Source: Macrostomum lignano (lineage: Eukaryota). Taken from it: 64,000 nt of DNA. Shown here piece after piece: positions 50,101 to 60,200 of this stretch (position 1 is its first letter; every line of letters begins with the position of its first letter). The notes under the pieces were generated by a model. It did no database searches and was not told where the DNA came from. It was given only the letters and a program-made list of their open reading frames with translations. The position numbers were made by a program, and so were the translations under genes. The stretch is taken from positions 74,462 through 138,461 of the forward strand of contig NIVC01002478.1 of the NCBI GenBank assembly GCA_002269645.1. The letters are read 5' to 3'.

Positions 50101-50221
50101 ATCCTCGCCAATTGAAGGCCACAAAACTCGACTCACTGTTGTATGAGCACACAGAATCATCGTCAAATCTGTCACTGTCTTCGAAGTCAAGATCCACATC
50201 TCTAGAATTGTTGGATGCCAT
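32092..50221 (-). CDS. ZSWIM8: ZSWIM8 / Dora / EBAX-1 cullin-RING substrate adaptor, ~1792 aa; exons 50221-50050, 44030-43355, 42554-42019, 41462-41073, 40048-39406, 38330-37589, 36932-36586, 36298-35832, 35182-34959, 34342-33387, 32317-32092
   Basis: N-terminal FEDSDRFDDDS...NWRGW; BC-box LLKLTNLCAKVIA; SWIM CSCSC...WCQHVVAVC; GAPDPTAG; REPEGVWNLL; CEALHAHGY; SRTYSSHVSWI; HLTPPEV; AHTLNPQEI; C-terminal YIDYRLNHLT...DD. Phases consistent across all 10 introns (5379 nt), assuming a GC donor for intron 6. Confidence 0.95.
32362..33366. repeat. 22-23-bp minisatellite filling ZSWIM8 intron 10 (sense CAGAATCGCCCTCAAACCCCATT)
   Basis: Direct periodicity. Confidence 0.95.
34425..34875. repeat. 21-bp minisatellite in ZSWIM8 intron 9 (GGTGACAATATAGTCCTTCAG)
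   Basis: Direct periodicity. Confidence 0.95.
35349..35520 (-). mobile_element. tRNA-headed SINE with CORE/MIR-like central domain, copy 1 (ZSWIM8 intron 8)
   Basis: Minus strand has A-box-like AGCCTAGTGG and B-box GGTTCGATTC; high similarity to 55618-55816, with an internal deletion. Confidence 0.8.
36975..37500. repeat. 44-bp minisatellite in ZSWIM8 intron 6 (CACTCTGCCCTCGCCCGTCACTCCCTCCGTCCTCTCCCTTCACC)
   Basis: Direct periodicity. Confidence 0.95.
38555..39270. repeat. Purine-rich GGGAAGAT(G/T)GG(G/A)AT minisatellite in ZSWIM8 intron 5
   Basis: Direct periodicity. Confidence 0.95.
40570..40930 (+). mobile_element. 3' fragment of a non-LTR retrotransposon ORF2 (C-terminal CCHC zinc knuckle) in ZSWIM8 intron 4
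   Basis: Frameshifted SELCPFC...THFVCHCPAFKRDR, fitting Cx2C...Hx4C-P-x4-R, followed by a stop and a short GAGTCAA repeat tail. Confidence 0.5.
41490..42010 (-). repeat. 28-bp minisatellite filling ZSWIM8 intron 3; same family as 15216-16071
   Basis: Reverse complement of the CCCAGATCCTCAGTTGCTGGGCCAGCCT unit. Confidence 0.95.
42635..43255. repeat. 24-bp minisatellite in ZSWIM8 intron 2 (CTGACAGTTCTATTCTGGCGCCGC)
   Basis: Direct periodicity. Confidence 0.95.
44967..47142 (-). mobile_element. Non-autonomous mariner derivative with ~355-bp inverted arms, TA TSD and an internal 128-bp satellite
   Basis: TA|CAAGGGGTGTCCCAAAA...TTTTGGGACACCCCATG|TA; arms 44967-45321 and 46776-47142 are inverted copies; minus strand carries HHDNAHPH, SPDLSPADF and FPKMKKLLRG remnants. 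Confidence 0.9.
45645..46790 (-). repeat. 128-bp tandem repeat, ~9 copies, derived from mariner HTH coding sequence
   Basis: Exact 128-nt spacing of ORF starts 45895...46663; minus translation ELLDTNARLTVCEIVDMLVSPKFTV. Confidence 0.9.
47785..48238. mobile_element. hAT-like MITE, 454 bp
   Basis: TIR TAGTGTTCCG/CGGAACACTA; 8-bp TSD TTATATTA/CTATATTA (7/8); subterminal GCTACGG repeats. Confidence 0.75.
48443..49049. mobile_element. MITE with perfect 8-bp TSD, 607 bp
   Basis: TSD ACCTGCGC at 48435-48442 and 49050-49057; TIR CTATATTGCGGA vs CCATATTGCGGA (11/12); subterminal GGCGTACA repeats. Confidence 0.85.
49093..49606. mobile_element. Older MITE related to 48443-49049, 514 bp
   Basis: TSD ATTGCATA/ATTGCACA (7/8); TIR CCACACTCTAGATCATG vs CTATAGTCCGGATCATG (12/17); subterminal GGC(G/A)TGCA repeats. 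Confidence 0.6.
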
Positions 50222-50824
50222 TCCAACTATAATAAAGAGTGAATTAGACTATATCGAATTCAGTCGGCAATTAAGTGGAATGTCTGAATCTGAACCTTGA
50301 TATTTCCTAAATTTTGACGCGTAAATAAATTCGTATATCGGTGAACAAAGAGAATCAGATGTTTTTATTTACATTTTCAAGAACTTTGAGTATATATAAA
50401 AACTATACAAAAATTGTATTAGAGAAACTAATAATGCTTGAAACATTCTATTTATATTTATTTATTACTATTTCCTTTCTTTTTATCGCTTAAAGTGTAA
50501 TCTACTTAACAGTATTTGTTTATCCATTCAAACCCACGATAACTTTAATGCCAGGACCTTCTCCAATAGGCGTGACAAGTTGAGCGGTTAGGGCATTAAG
50601 CTCAATGGAGCTCAGAAGCGGCCAGGATGACAACTGATAAACCGTTCCGGCAATTCATTACCAACAACACGAATCGTCGAGACAAAATGGCGATATTATA
50701 ATCGACATGTACATGCATTTGTAGGGATCGATACATTTGTAGTTGTAGTCCTTGAGTTTGGAGGTGCTAATGCATGAAGGTGCTAATGCTAGGATATATG
50801 GCATAAGCTAAAAGTGCGTACAAC

Positions 50825-51440
50825 GTGCCAGAGCAGCTAATTTTCGCCATCAGGGCGATGTACCACGAAAACTGCTGTGTTCAACACCGGACGGCCTATC
50901 GGACTTCTTTGAGAGATCCTCCGGGGTGCTTTAGGGAGATATACTTGCGCCGTTCCTGTTCGTTTTGTTGCTTGACTGGGTGCTGCGGATCGCTTTTCCT
51001 ACCAACGACGACGGCTTTCTGTTGCGGCGACGCATGGGTCGTCTTCAACCGGAGAGGCGGCTCAGCGTGCCAACGATCTTGTACTGCTGTCTTCAACAGT
51101 CGAGGGCGCTGAGCGATAACTGGACAAGCTAGTTGCTGTTGTGGCGAGTGTCGGCCTGGTGGTCAACACGCAGAAAACCGTCATGCTCTGCGTGCCGAAT
51201 GACATATCGAGGCTGCGATTTTGTGCCGAGGCGCTGATGGACAGACGACGGAGCTTCCGCGTTGTCAGCAGTTCGTCTACCTCGGCGGTCTGGTTCCCGG
51301 CGTCCGCGAGGGCCGTCTGCAGTCCGAGGCCCTACGTGACAGCCAGAGGACGGCGTTGTTCCAGGCGGTGGTCGAGACCGTCCAGTAATACACGCCGAGA
51401 CCTGCTGGACGCTGACGGATTTGCTCGAGCAACAAGTTGA
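50825..51440 (+). mobile_element. Decayed RTE-like non-LTR reverse transcriptase fragment
   Basis: PEQLIFAIRAMY...SGVL*GDILAPFLFVLLLDWVLR...ANDLVLLS...VGLVVNTQKTVM, matching RT motifs QGxxLAP, YADD and GLxxNxxKT, with stops and frameshifts. Confidence 0.75.
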
Positions 51441-51466
51441 CGCGGCACATTCATGAGACAATGGTA

Positions 51467-52806
51467 CGAGGTGTATCCCAAAAGTAAGTTTCCCTCATAC
51501 ATAACTCAGCACTCACGAGGCTCAGCTAAGTGCCATGTACGTTGTTGCTTTCTTTTTGACTATGGCCCAACCCTAAACAAGTTGCTAAGTCCTAGCTTGT
51601 TCTCGAGCTTCATGGCTGCAACTCATGCACATCCCTTTGCAACCATGGCCGCGTCGAGCTCGTTCTCTCGCTACGACGTTCGAAGCATCATCAAGTTTTC
51701 TATGCTGTCTGGAAAATCGACACAAGAGATTCACCAAGAACTCATGAGAGTCCTAGGAGAAGCTGCACCATCCATTCAAACGGTCAGGAAGTGGGTGCGA
51801 GAAATCCAAGGACGGGACTGCATGGAGGACAAAGAGTGTTCTGGACGACCAAGAGCTGCGACAACGGATGCCAATGCTGATCGCGTGATGGCTGCTGTGA
51901 GTGAAGACAACAGAAGGACATGCAGTGAGCTGGAGGAACTCCTCGGCATTCCCCACAGCACACTGTGCACCGCATTCTGACCGAGCATTTAGGCCTACAG
52001 AAGCTTTTCGCCAAATGGGTGCCACACCTGCTGCTGACTGACGAGCAAATGGAGGAGCGGGTGGTGGTGTCCCGTGACTGCCTCCGTCGAGTTCGTCGTG
52101 AAGGCGACGGATTTCTCGGTAGAATAGTGACGTACTGGAGACGAGACGTGGGTCTACGAATGGGACCCAGAGCTGAAGCGGCAGTCAGCGCAGTGGCTTC
52201 CGATAGGATCGGCGAGTCCCGAGAATGTGCGACGCAAGCAAGGCCCATTGAAGGTGATGCACATCATTTTTTGACGGGATCATTCTGGACTGGCCTGTTG
52301 CCTCTGGATACCATTGTGAATGCTGAGTACTATCGATGTGTGCTTCAAGAGAAACTGCGACCAGCGATAAGGAAAAAGCGGCAGGGCCTTCTGGAGAGAG
52401 GCGTCATCTTCCATCACGACAACGCCCCGGTGCATCGGGCCAGACGGGTTGAAGAGCTGCTCGACTCCTGGAATTGGGAAATTCTCCGCTACCCGCGCTA
52501 CTCGCCTGACTTGGCTCCGGCGGACTTTTTTATCTGTTCCCGAAGATGAAAGAGAGCCTTCGTGGCCAGCATTTCGGATCTGAGGAGCAGGTGAACAACA
52601 GCGCTTCATCAGCTCTCCGACATCTGGCGATCGCCGGCTGCAGGCCCGCCTTTGAAGCGTGGGTGCGTCGAAAAGTGCGTTGAGCTTGGCGGCCGATTTG
52701 TGGAGTGACAAATACTTGAAGTTGTGGCTGGACAAATTTAACGTTTTTTATAACTAATTGCTCACTGTTAACAGCTGACCGAAACTTACTTATGGAATAC
52801 ACCTCG
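51467..52806 (+). mobile_element. Full-length (1340 bp) mariner DD34D-type element; transposase pseudogene 51645-52708
   Basis: TA TSD on both sides; TIRs CGAGGTGTATCCCAAAAGTAAGTTT / CGAGGTGTATTCCATAAGTAAGTTT (23/25); motifs SGRP, WVPHLL, GDETW, HHDNAPVH and YSPDLAPADF; at least 4 frameshifts. Confidence 0.95.
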
Positions 52807-53663
52807 TAGTAGAAGATTGTGCATATGTTTTTTGGAGGTAGACAATGATTTATTTTTCACGAGTGGCGAAGCAATGCAAATCTACCATTGTGCCATGACT
52901 ACACATGGCTATCGGGCGGACTGATAATTGCAGTAATTGTCATCTATTACGAATCGCGTTTACGAATTTTTTTAGAATTGAAGTGGCCACTGTTCAGATC
53001 CTATCCTATACAAGTTTCTCGAAGGTTGTAGAGCCCAGCTTTGAAAGAAGTGGAGTTGTTCTTCCTCGGAGAAATTGGACTCTAAAACTAGCAACACAAC
53101 ACCAGGAAAAGTTCTAAGCAGCAAGAATCTGCTCTGCGGCAGCGAGTTCCCAAGCTTCACAACCTCGCAAGCGTCTGCCATACTATCAGAGATTTAACGG
53201 ATGATAAATTAACAGAGTTCATTATTAAGTCCAGCATCGATTCGGAGGATGAGAATGAACTCACGAGCAACATGCAAGAGTTTCCACCCCGAAACCAGCA
53301 GTGGTAAACTTTTCACAGATTTCAGCCCCAAGTTGACGCAATTCACATCACGCCACGCAGTTCTCGTCTTAACTGCGGGCGATTCGATATGCGTAACAAG
53401 GGCCCCATAGGCTCGTGAGGAGAGAGAGGAGAGCTATGATTATGAGTTGAATTAATGCTGCCACTTGTTGACCAACATGGTTTCCATGTGGAAAATTCTG
53501 CTGCTGGGTGTATATTAATGAAACTACAAGATTATCAGAAGTTTACAATAACCAAGACTTACAAATAAAATGATGTATTATTTACAGATTAATTATTTAT
53601 TTACAGATAAATTAATGATCGCCTGGCAATTATTGGACATTAGTAGTTCAGCTTGCCTCAGAC

Positions 53664-53891
53664 CACAGATACTAGAATAACTAGATAGGCCACTTAGCAC
53701 ATTTTCATGCAAGCTACTTTCAGTTCAGTAGTAAGTTACACAGAAGCATTTTAACGTATTTTTAAAGCCAAGGCTCATTTATTGGCTCTTACCCGGCCCC
53801 AGCTTAAACCCTCCAATCGCGCCTTTCCACACTACCCCCGCCCCCCGCGTAAATATACCGAGTGGCCCATCTACTTATTTTAGTACCTGAG
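53664..53891. mobile_element. Short (228 bp) member of the MITE family at 19509-19955
   Basis: Same TIR (CACAGATACTAGAATAACTAGATAGGCCA) and ~150 bp of shared internal sequence. Confidence 0.75.
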
Positions 53892-54434
53892 CCTCGGACC
53901 GCTCCATGGCTTATGTATTTGTATAGGATGAATAAACAGCTCAAAACGCAAATTAAAAAAGTGGGAAAATGCCAAACTGAAAACTCATCGATCAGGAGTA
54001 TGCCAAATAATGCTAGTATGAGTTATATAAAATATAAAAATATAAAAATGATTGCGCTCGATACCTAATAACTAGCTCGTATTTCGAAGTTTGAAGAAGT
54101 ACGAGCGTAATGACAATCGATTTTCATTCAGCAACAGTCAGAACCGTCGCCCTACCGACTAAGGCGACTTCTCTCTCACCTCAACCAGGGTGGCGGTTTT
54201 TACTGTTGCTGAGTGCATGCACTATTTATTCAATTTATCTCGTAGTAAGTACACTTCCATTAAAAAGAGAATAATTTTGAGTCAATGACAAATATGAATA
54301 CACGAACCTGTATTTGAATATGCACATGTAGATGATTTAGCAATGCAATCATACAAGAGCCTTGAGCACAAAAAGCACACAGAATTAATGACAGCTGTGG
54401 ATCCAACTCATAAACGATAAAGAATGCTAGAAGA

Positions 54435-55388
54435 TCAGTGAAACCGGTACTTCCTAGCCGGCTTCAGGCACACCGTGGTGGCCTTGCGAATCTCTTCCTC
54501 GCGTTCGTCTTTGATTTCAACGTATCGAGCGCCGTTCTGCGCAACCACACGGCTATCCAAGTAGCGCGTCTTTCTCGGCCGCTCATCGAATCGCGCCTCG
54601 GGCCGATGGATTTTGTCCTCGTCTGGCAGCTGGTAGTTCTCAAATCGGCTCAGTATGTAGCTTTTAACGCTGGCGCCAGACTTAGCCGGCGCCGTCGATT
54701 CGAATTTTGGCGCCAAACAGGCGCAAGGCGGCCGGGGACAGGCCAGAGACGATTCGGCGTCGCCACCGTCAACATCGGCTTCCAGACAGCGACTGGCCGC
54801 CTGTTGAAGATCGCCGCCAGCTTCGGCTAGGCGGACCCGCAATCTGGCGGCGCAGGCCTCGGGGAACAGGGCGCGAAGCCGGCCCAGCGACTCCGCCGCC
54901 TCCGCGTCCGCCTCAGCACCGCTGCCGGCTGAAGCCATCGTCGACGAGCACGACGACGTTGAATTCGACGACTCCGATTGGCGACTTCTGACAACGCCGC
55001 CGGCGGCGGCTGTGGCGGCAAAAGCGGCGGCCACCGTGTCGACATCAGACTGCTGCTGGCGCTGGCCGTTTAGAGGTGCGGCAGCATCGACGGCGGCGTC
55101 GGCCAGGCTTTGCCGACAGTCGGCAAGCCAGCCACGCAAGTCGGCATCGGAGACCGACTCTAGAAGCGGCACGTAGGCTCGCACCAGCTCAAGCACCGAG
55201 TCGTCGTCGCAGTCGCCATCTTCGGCATCGATGTCATCGGTGAGCACCGCCTCCAGATAGGGGTACAGACTGGGATCGGCGTCAAAGTCGAGCCGACTCG
55301 AACTAGTTGAACCTTGCCGATCGATGACAAACTGACGGAGGCTGCGTTCGATCAGCTTGATGGCTTCACTACCGCCGCCACTCGCCAT
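54435..55388 (-). CDS. CUEDC2: CUE domain-containing protein 2, single exon, 317 aa
   Basis: N-terminal YLEAVL...VRAYVP; CUE-like LRALFP...LAEAGGDLQQA; C-terminal KSYILSR...EDKIHRP...RYLDSRVV...G.RY...LKPARKYRFH, as recalled for CUEDC2. Confidence 0.93.
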   Translation of the reverse strand: MASGGGSEAIKLIERSLRQFVIDRQGSTSSSRLDFDADPSLYPYLEAVLTDDIDAEDGDCDDDSVLELVRAYVPLLESVSDADLRGWLADCRQSLADAAVDAAAPLNGQRQQQSDVDTVAAAFAATAAAGGVVRSRQSESSNSTSSCSSTMASAGSGAEADAEAAESLGRLRALFPEACAARLRVRLAEAGGDLQQAASRCLEADVDGGDAESSLACPRPPCACLAPKFESTAPAKSGASVKSYILSRFENYQLPDEDKIHRPEARFDERPRKTRYLDSRVVAQNGARYVEIKDEREEEIRKATTVCLKPARKYRFH

Positions 55389-55617
55389 CAGTAGTATTAA
55401 TATAGATAATGGCTATTAACTTGTGATGACGGATGCTGATGTTTGACAGACCGATAGGCTGCATGAAAACAGGTTTCGTTGGGTAAATTTTACTAACAGA
55501 ACAGTAAGAAGCCTATTAAACTCTAGCTAGCCTACTGATTTAGTAGAAAGTTAAGCGCCAACACAACAATGTTTGGACGACTCTTTCGTGACTCGTTTAC
55601 AATTTTACAACTCACGT

Positions 55618-55816
55618 GACTGGGGGGGGGGGGTCGCCACACACACCCTCAATTACCCCAGCTAATGCTGGCACCCATTTTACAGCTGGGTGAACTGCAG
55701 CAATGTAGAGTTTAGTGACTTGCTCAAGGACACAAATTGTTCCGAGTGGGTCGAGAATCGAACCCCCGACCGTTCAGTCGTGTGTCCGACGCTCCAACCA
55801 CCAGGCTACAACCCCT
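55618..55816 (-). mobile_element. tRNA-headed SINE with CORE/MIR-like central domain, copy 2
   Basis: A box TAGCCTGGTGG, B box GGTTCGATTC, then GTGTCCTTGAGCAAGTCACTAAACTCT...CAGTTCACCCAGCTGTAAAATGGG. Confidence 0.85.
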
Positions 55817-56184
55817 GCTGTCTCACCGAACAGCACCTATTCTGAATTCTGTACAAATGCGGAAGCTTCACATTGATTAAAAATTCTTATTGAATATCAT
55901 TTTAAGAAAGAACAACTCGGAATGCACAACAACTTGATGCTTCGAATTCGATAAAAAAGTGTTCACCAGCAAGCAATACACTTGGCATCATAGCAATCAG
56001 TAGGTGAGCGGTAACTAAAAATGCAACAACAAATTAGTTGGATCACTGGATAACAAAACAATCAACAAATACAATTATTAAATACACTATTATCCTACCG
56101 TGCACTCTACAATCAGGGGGAGGGGCTTTCACAATCTAAAATTCTCACATCTTAACCTAGTAAGTTTTCTAAGTCTCAAGTCTA

Positions 56185-57140
56185 TTTTTATCTAGTTTGA
56201 GAAGTGTCTAGTTTGAGAAGATCCAGTTTGAGAAGTGTCCAGTTTAAGAAGAATCCAGTTTGAGAAGTGTCCAGTTTGAGAAGTGTCTAGTTTGAGAAGA
56301 ATCCAGTTTGAGAAGTGTCTAGTTTGAGAAGAATCCAGTTTGAGAAGTGTCCAGTTTGAGAAGATCCAGTTTGAGAAGTGTCTACTCGTAGTTTGAGAAG
56401 AATCCAGTTTGAGAAGTGTCCAGTTTGGGAAGTGTCTAGTTTGAGAAGTGTCTAGTTTGAGAAGTGTCCAGTTTGAGAAGTGTCTAGTTTGAGAAGTGTC
56501 CAGTTTGAGAAGTGTCCAGTTTGAGAAGTGTCCAGTTTGAGAAGTATCCAGTTTGAGAAGTATCCAGTTTGAGAAGTATCCAGTTTGAAGTGTCCGGTTT
56601 GAGAAGTGTCTAGTTTGAGAAGTGTCTAGTTTGAGAAGTGTCCAGTTTGAGAAGTGTCCAGTTTGAGAAGTATCCAGTTTGAGAAGTATCCAGTTTGAGA
56701 AGTGTCTAGTTTGAGAAGTATCCAGTTTGAGAAGTGTCCAGTTTGAGAAGTATCCAGTTTGAGAAGTATCCAGTTTGAAGTGTCCAGTTTGAGAAGTGTC
56801 CAGTTTGAGAAGTATCCAGTTTGAGAAGTGTCTAGTTTGAGAAGTATCCAGTTTGAGAAGTGTCCAGTTTGAGAAGTATCCAGTTTGAGAAGTATCCAGT
56901 TTGAAGTGTCCAGTTTGAGAAGTGTCCAGTTTGAGAAGTATCCAGTTTGAGAAGTGTCTAGTTTGAGAAGTATCCAGTTTGAGAAGTGTCCAGTTTGAGA
57001 AGTGTCCAGTTTAAGAAGTGTCTAGTTTGAGAAGATCTAGTTTGAGAAGAATCCAGTTTGAGAAGTGTCTAGTTTGAGAAGTGTCTAGTTTGAGAAGTAT
57101 CCAGTTTTAGAAGTGTCTAGTTTGAGAAGATCTAGTTTGC
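56185..57140. repeat. 16-bp minisatellite (AGTTTGAGAAGTGTCC), ~60 copies, beginning ~65 nt after the IGBP1 stop
   Basis: Direct periodicity. Confidence 0.95.
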
Positions 57141-57205
57141 GAAAGCGCACCACAATGCAAGGCTCAGATCAAGCAGAAGCAATAAGCATAACTAATCGGG
57201 TCAGA

Positions 57206-60200
57206 TCAGCCCTTCCTATACCGATTCCCATCCCCCCGCCTATTAAAATCTTTCCAGTCGTCCCAGGCACGCAGGCGGCCCAACGCCTGCGGATCGTCGG
57301 CATCTTCGGCGGCGTCGCGGGCGGCTCGTTCAGCTGCGGCGCTCTCGGGAGTTGGGCCGCCAACAGGCGCGGGAGCCTCGCGAGCCGCCGCCGCAGCCTC
57401 CTCCGGGCTGGGGAAGACGCCGGATTCAATTTGAGCGTCGATCCATTCGTCAACAGAATAGGCTGGCAGGCTGGGGTAGCCGGCGCCAAATACGCGCGCT
57501 TCTAGCGCCGATCTGGTTAGCACAAAGGTACCCACTGGTGGGCGGCCGGATTTCGGCTGGGGCGGCTGAGGCGGCGGCTGCTGCTGGCCCTCAGCGCCAC
57601 GGCTGGCCATCATGCGGGCCAGGGGTAGCTCAGCTTTAGCAGCGGCTGCCTCCTCGGTGGCCACAATGACCCAACGTTCCAACAGTTTCAGGTAGAAATT
57701 TCGCTTGTCCTCTTCGTCCACGTGAGGACGTTCGACTTGGGGCGTAGCTCGGTCAGCTGCTTCTCGAGCTCCTTCCGCCGGCGTAATCGTTCGATTTTTT
57801 TAGCTCGATCGGGCTGGATTGAGTTTTTTTATTTTATTATCTATCAGCAATTTTCTTACTAACAGTGTGTAAAACTACTAGTACTTATTCAGCATGGATG
57901 AGGCTACTTATTCAGCATGGATGAGGCTACTTATTCAGCATGAGTGAGGCTACTTATTCAGCATGGATGAGGCTACTTATTCAGCATGGATGAGGCTACT
58001 TATTCAGCATGGATGAGGCTACTTATTCAGCATGAGTGAGGCTACTTATTCAGCATGGATGAGGCTACTTATTCAGCATGACTGAGGCTACTTATTCAGC
58101 ATGACTGAGGCTACTTATTCAGCATGACTGAGGCTACTTATTCAGCATGGATGAGGCTACTTATTCAGCATGAGTGAGGCTACTTATTCAGCATGACTGA
58201 GGCTACTTATTCAGCATGGATGAGGCTACTTATTCAGCATGAGTGAGGCTACTTATTCAGCATGAGTGAGGCTACTTATTCAGCATGGATGAGGCTACTT
58301 ATTCAGCATGAGTGAGGCTACTTATTCAGCATGACTGAGGCTACTTATTCAGCATGGATGAGGCTACTTATTCAGCATGAGTGAGGCTACTTATTCAGCA
58401 TGACTGAGGCTACTTATTCAGCATGGATGAGGCTACTTATTCAGCATGACTGAGGCTACTTATTCAGCATGGATGAGGCTACTTATTCAGCATGAGTGAG
58501 GCTACTTATTCAGCATGGATGAGGCTACTTATTCAGCATGAGTGAGGCTACTTATTCAGCATGACTGAGGCTACTTATTCAGCATGGATGAGGCTACTTA
58601 TTCAGCATGACTGATGCTACTTATTCAGCATGGATGAGGCTACTTATTCAGCATGAGTGAGGCTACTTATTCAGCATGGATGAGGCTACTTATTCAGCAT
58701 GAGTGAGGCTACTTATTCAGCATGACTGAGGCTACTTATTCAGCATGAGTGAGGCTACTTATTCAGCATGGATGAGGCTACTTATTCAGCATGAGTGAGG
58801 CTACTTATTCAGCATGACTGAGGCTACTTATTCAGCATGGATGAGGCTACTTATTCAGCATGAGTGAGGCTACTTATTCAGCATGGATGAGGCTACTTTT
58901 TCAGCATGAGTGAGGCTACTTATTCAGCATGAGTGAGGCTACTTATTCAGCATGGATGAGGCTACTTATTCAGCATGAGTGAGGCTACTTATTCAGCATG
59001 AGTGAGGCTACTTATTCAGCATGACTGAGGCTACTTATTCAGCATGGATGAGGCTACATATTCAGCATGGATGAGGCTACTTATTCAGCATGAGTGAGGC
59101 TACTTATTCAGCATGGATGAGGCTACTTATTCAGCATGAGTGAGGCTACTTATTCAGCATGGATGAGGCTACTTATTCAGCATGGATGAGGCTACTTATT
59201 CAGCATGAGTGAGGCTACTTATTCAGCATGACTGAGGCTACTTATTCAGCATGGATGAGGCTACTTATTCAGCATGAGTGAGGCTACTTATTCAGCATGA
59301 CTGAGGCTACTTATTCAGCATGGATGAGGCTACTTATTCAGCATGAGTGAGGCTACTTATTCAGCATGAGTGAGGCTACTTATTCAGCATGAGTGAGGCT
59401 ACTTATTCAGCATGGATGAGGCTACATATTCAGCATGGATGAGGCTACTTATTCAGCATGAGTGAGGCTACTTATTCAGCATGGATGAGGCTACTTATTC
59501 AGCATGAGTGAGGCTACTTATTCAGCATGGATGAGGCTACTTATTCAGCATGGATGAGGCTACTTATTCAGCATGAGTGAGGCTACTTATTCAGCATGAC
59601 TGAGGCTACTTATTCAGCATGGATGAGGCTACTTATTCAGCATGAGTGAGGCTACTTATTCAGCATGACTGAGGCTACTTATTCAGCATGGATGAGGCTA
59701 CTTATTCAGCATGAGTGAGACTACTTATTCAGCATGAGTGAGGCTACTTATTCAGCATGAGTGAGGCTACTTATTCAGCATGGATGAGGCTACATATTCA
59801 GCATGGATGAGGCTACTTATTCAGCATGAGTGAGGCTACTTATTCAGCATGGATGAGGCTACTTATTCAGCATTACCTGAGCCATGCTGCGACCATCGCC
59901 GCTATCCTCAGTCACCAGAGCGGCCAATTTTTGCTCATCAGCTTCGCCCACCTCGGCATCGCCGATTCGAGGCGCCCCGGGCACGCCGTACAAGCCGGCC
60001 AGCCGAAGAAAGTCAGCAAGTTGGCCGAGACAGCGGACAAGACTGTCCGGCCGTGCGGCCGGCCCGCCAGTGCGCCGCTGAGACCACAGGAAGCCGGCAA
60101 TGCCAGGCAATAAAAGATACTTCAACTCATTAGTGGGCACATCGTCCAACTGTTCATTAGAAGAGAACAAGCCTAACAGGCCAACTATTGACTGGGCTCG

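Noticed and set aside
50560-50720. Candidate small RNA or SL RNA gene upstream of ZSWIM8
   Set aside because: No spliced-leader sequence, Sm site or convincing fold; only a YY1-like AAAATGGCG motif.
57889-59873. CRISPR-like array (also considered for 955-1478, 8445-9690 and 29040-30325)
   Set aside because: Head-to-tail units with no unique spacers, no cas genes, and a eukaryotic intronic context.
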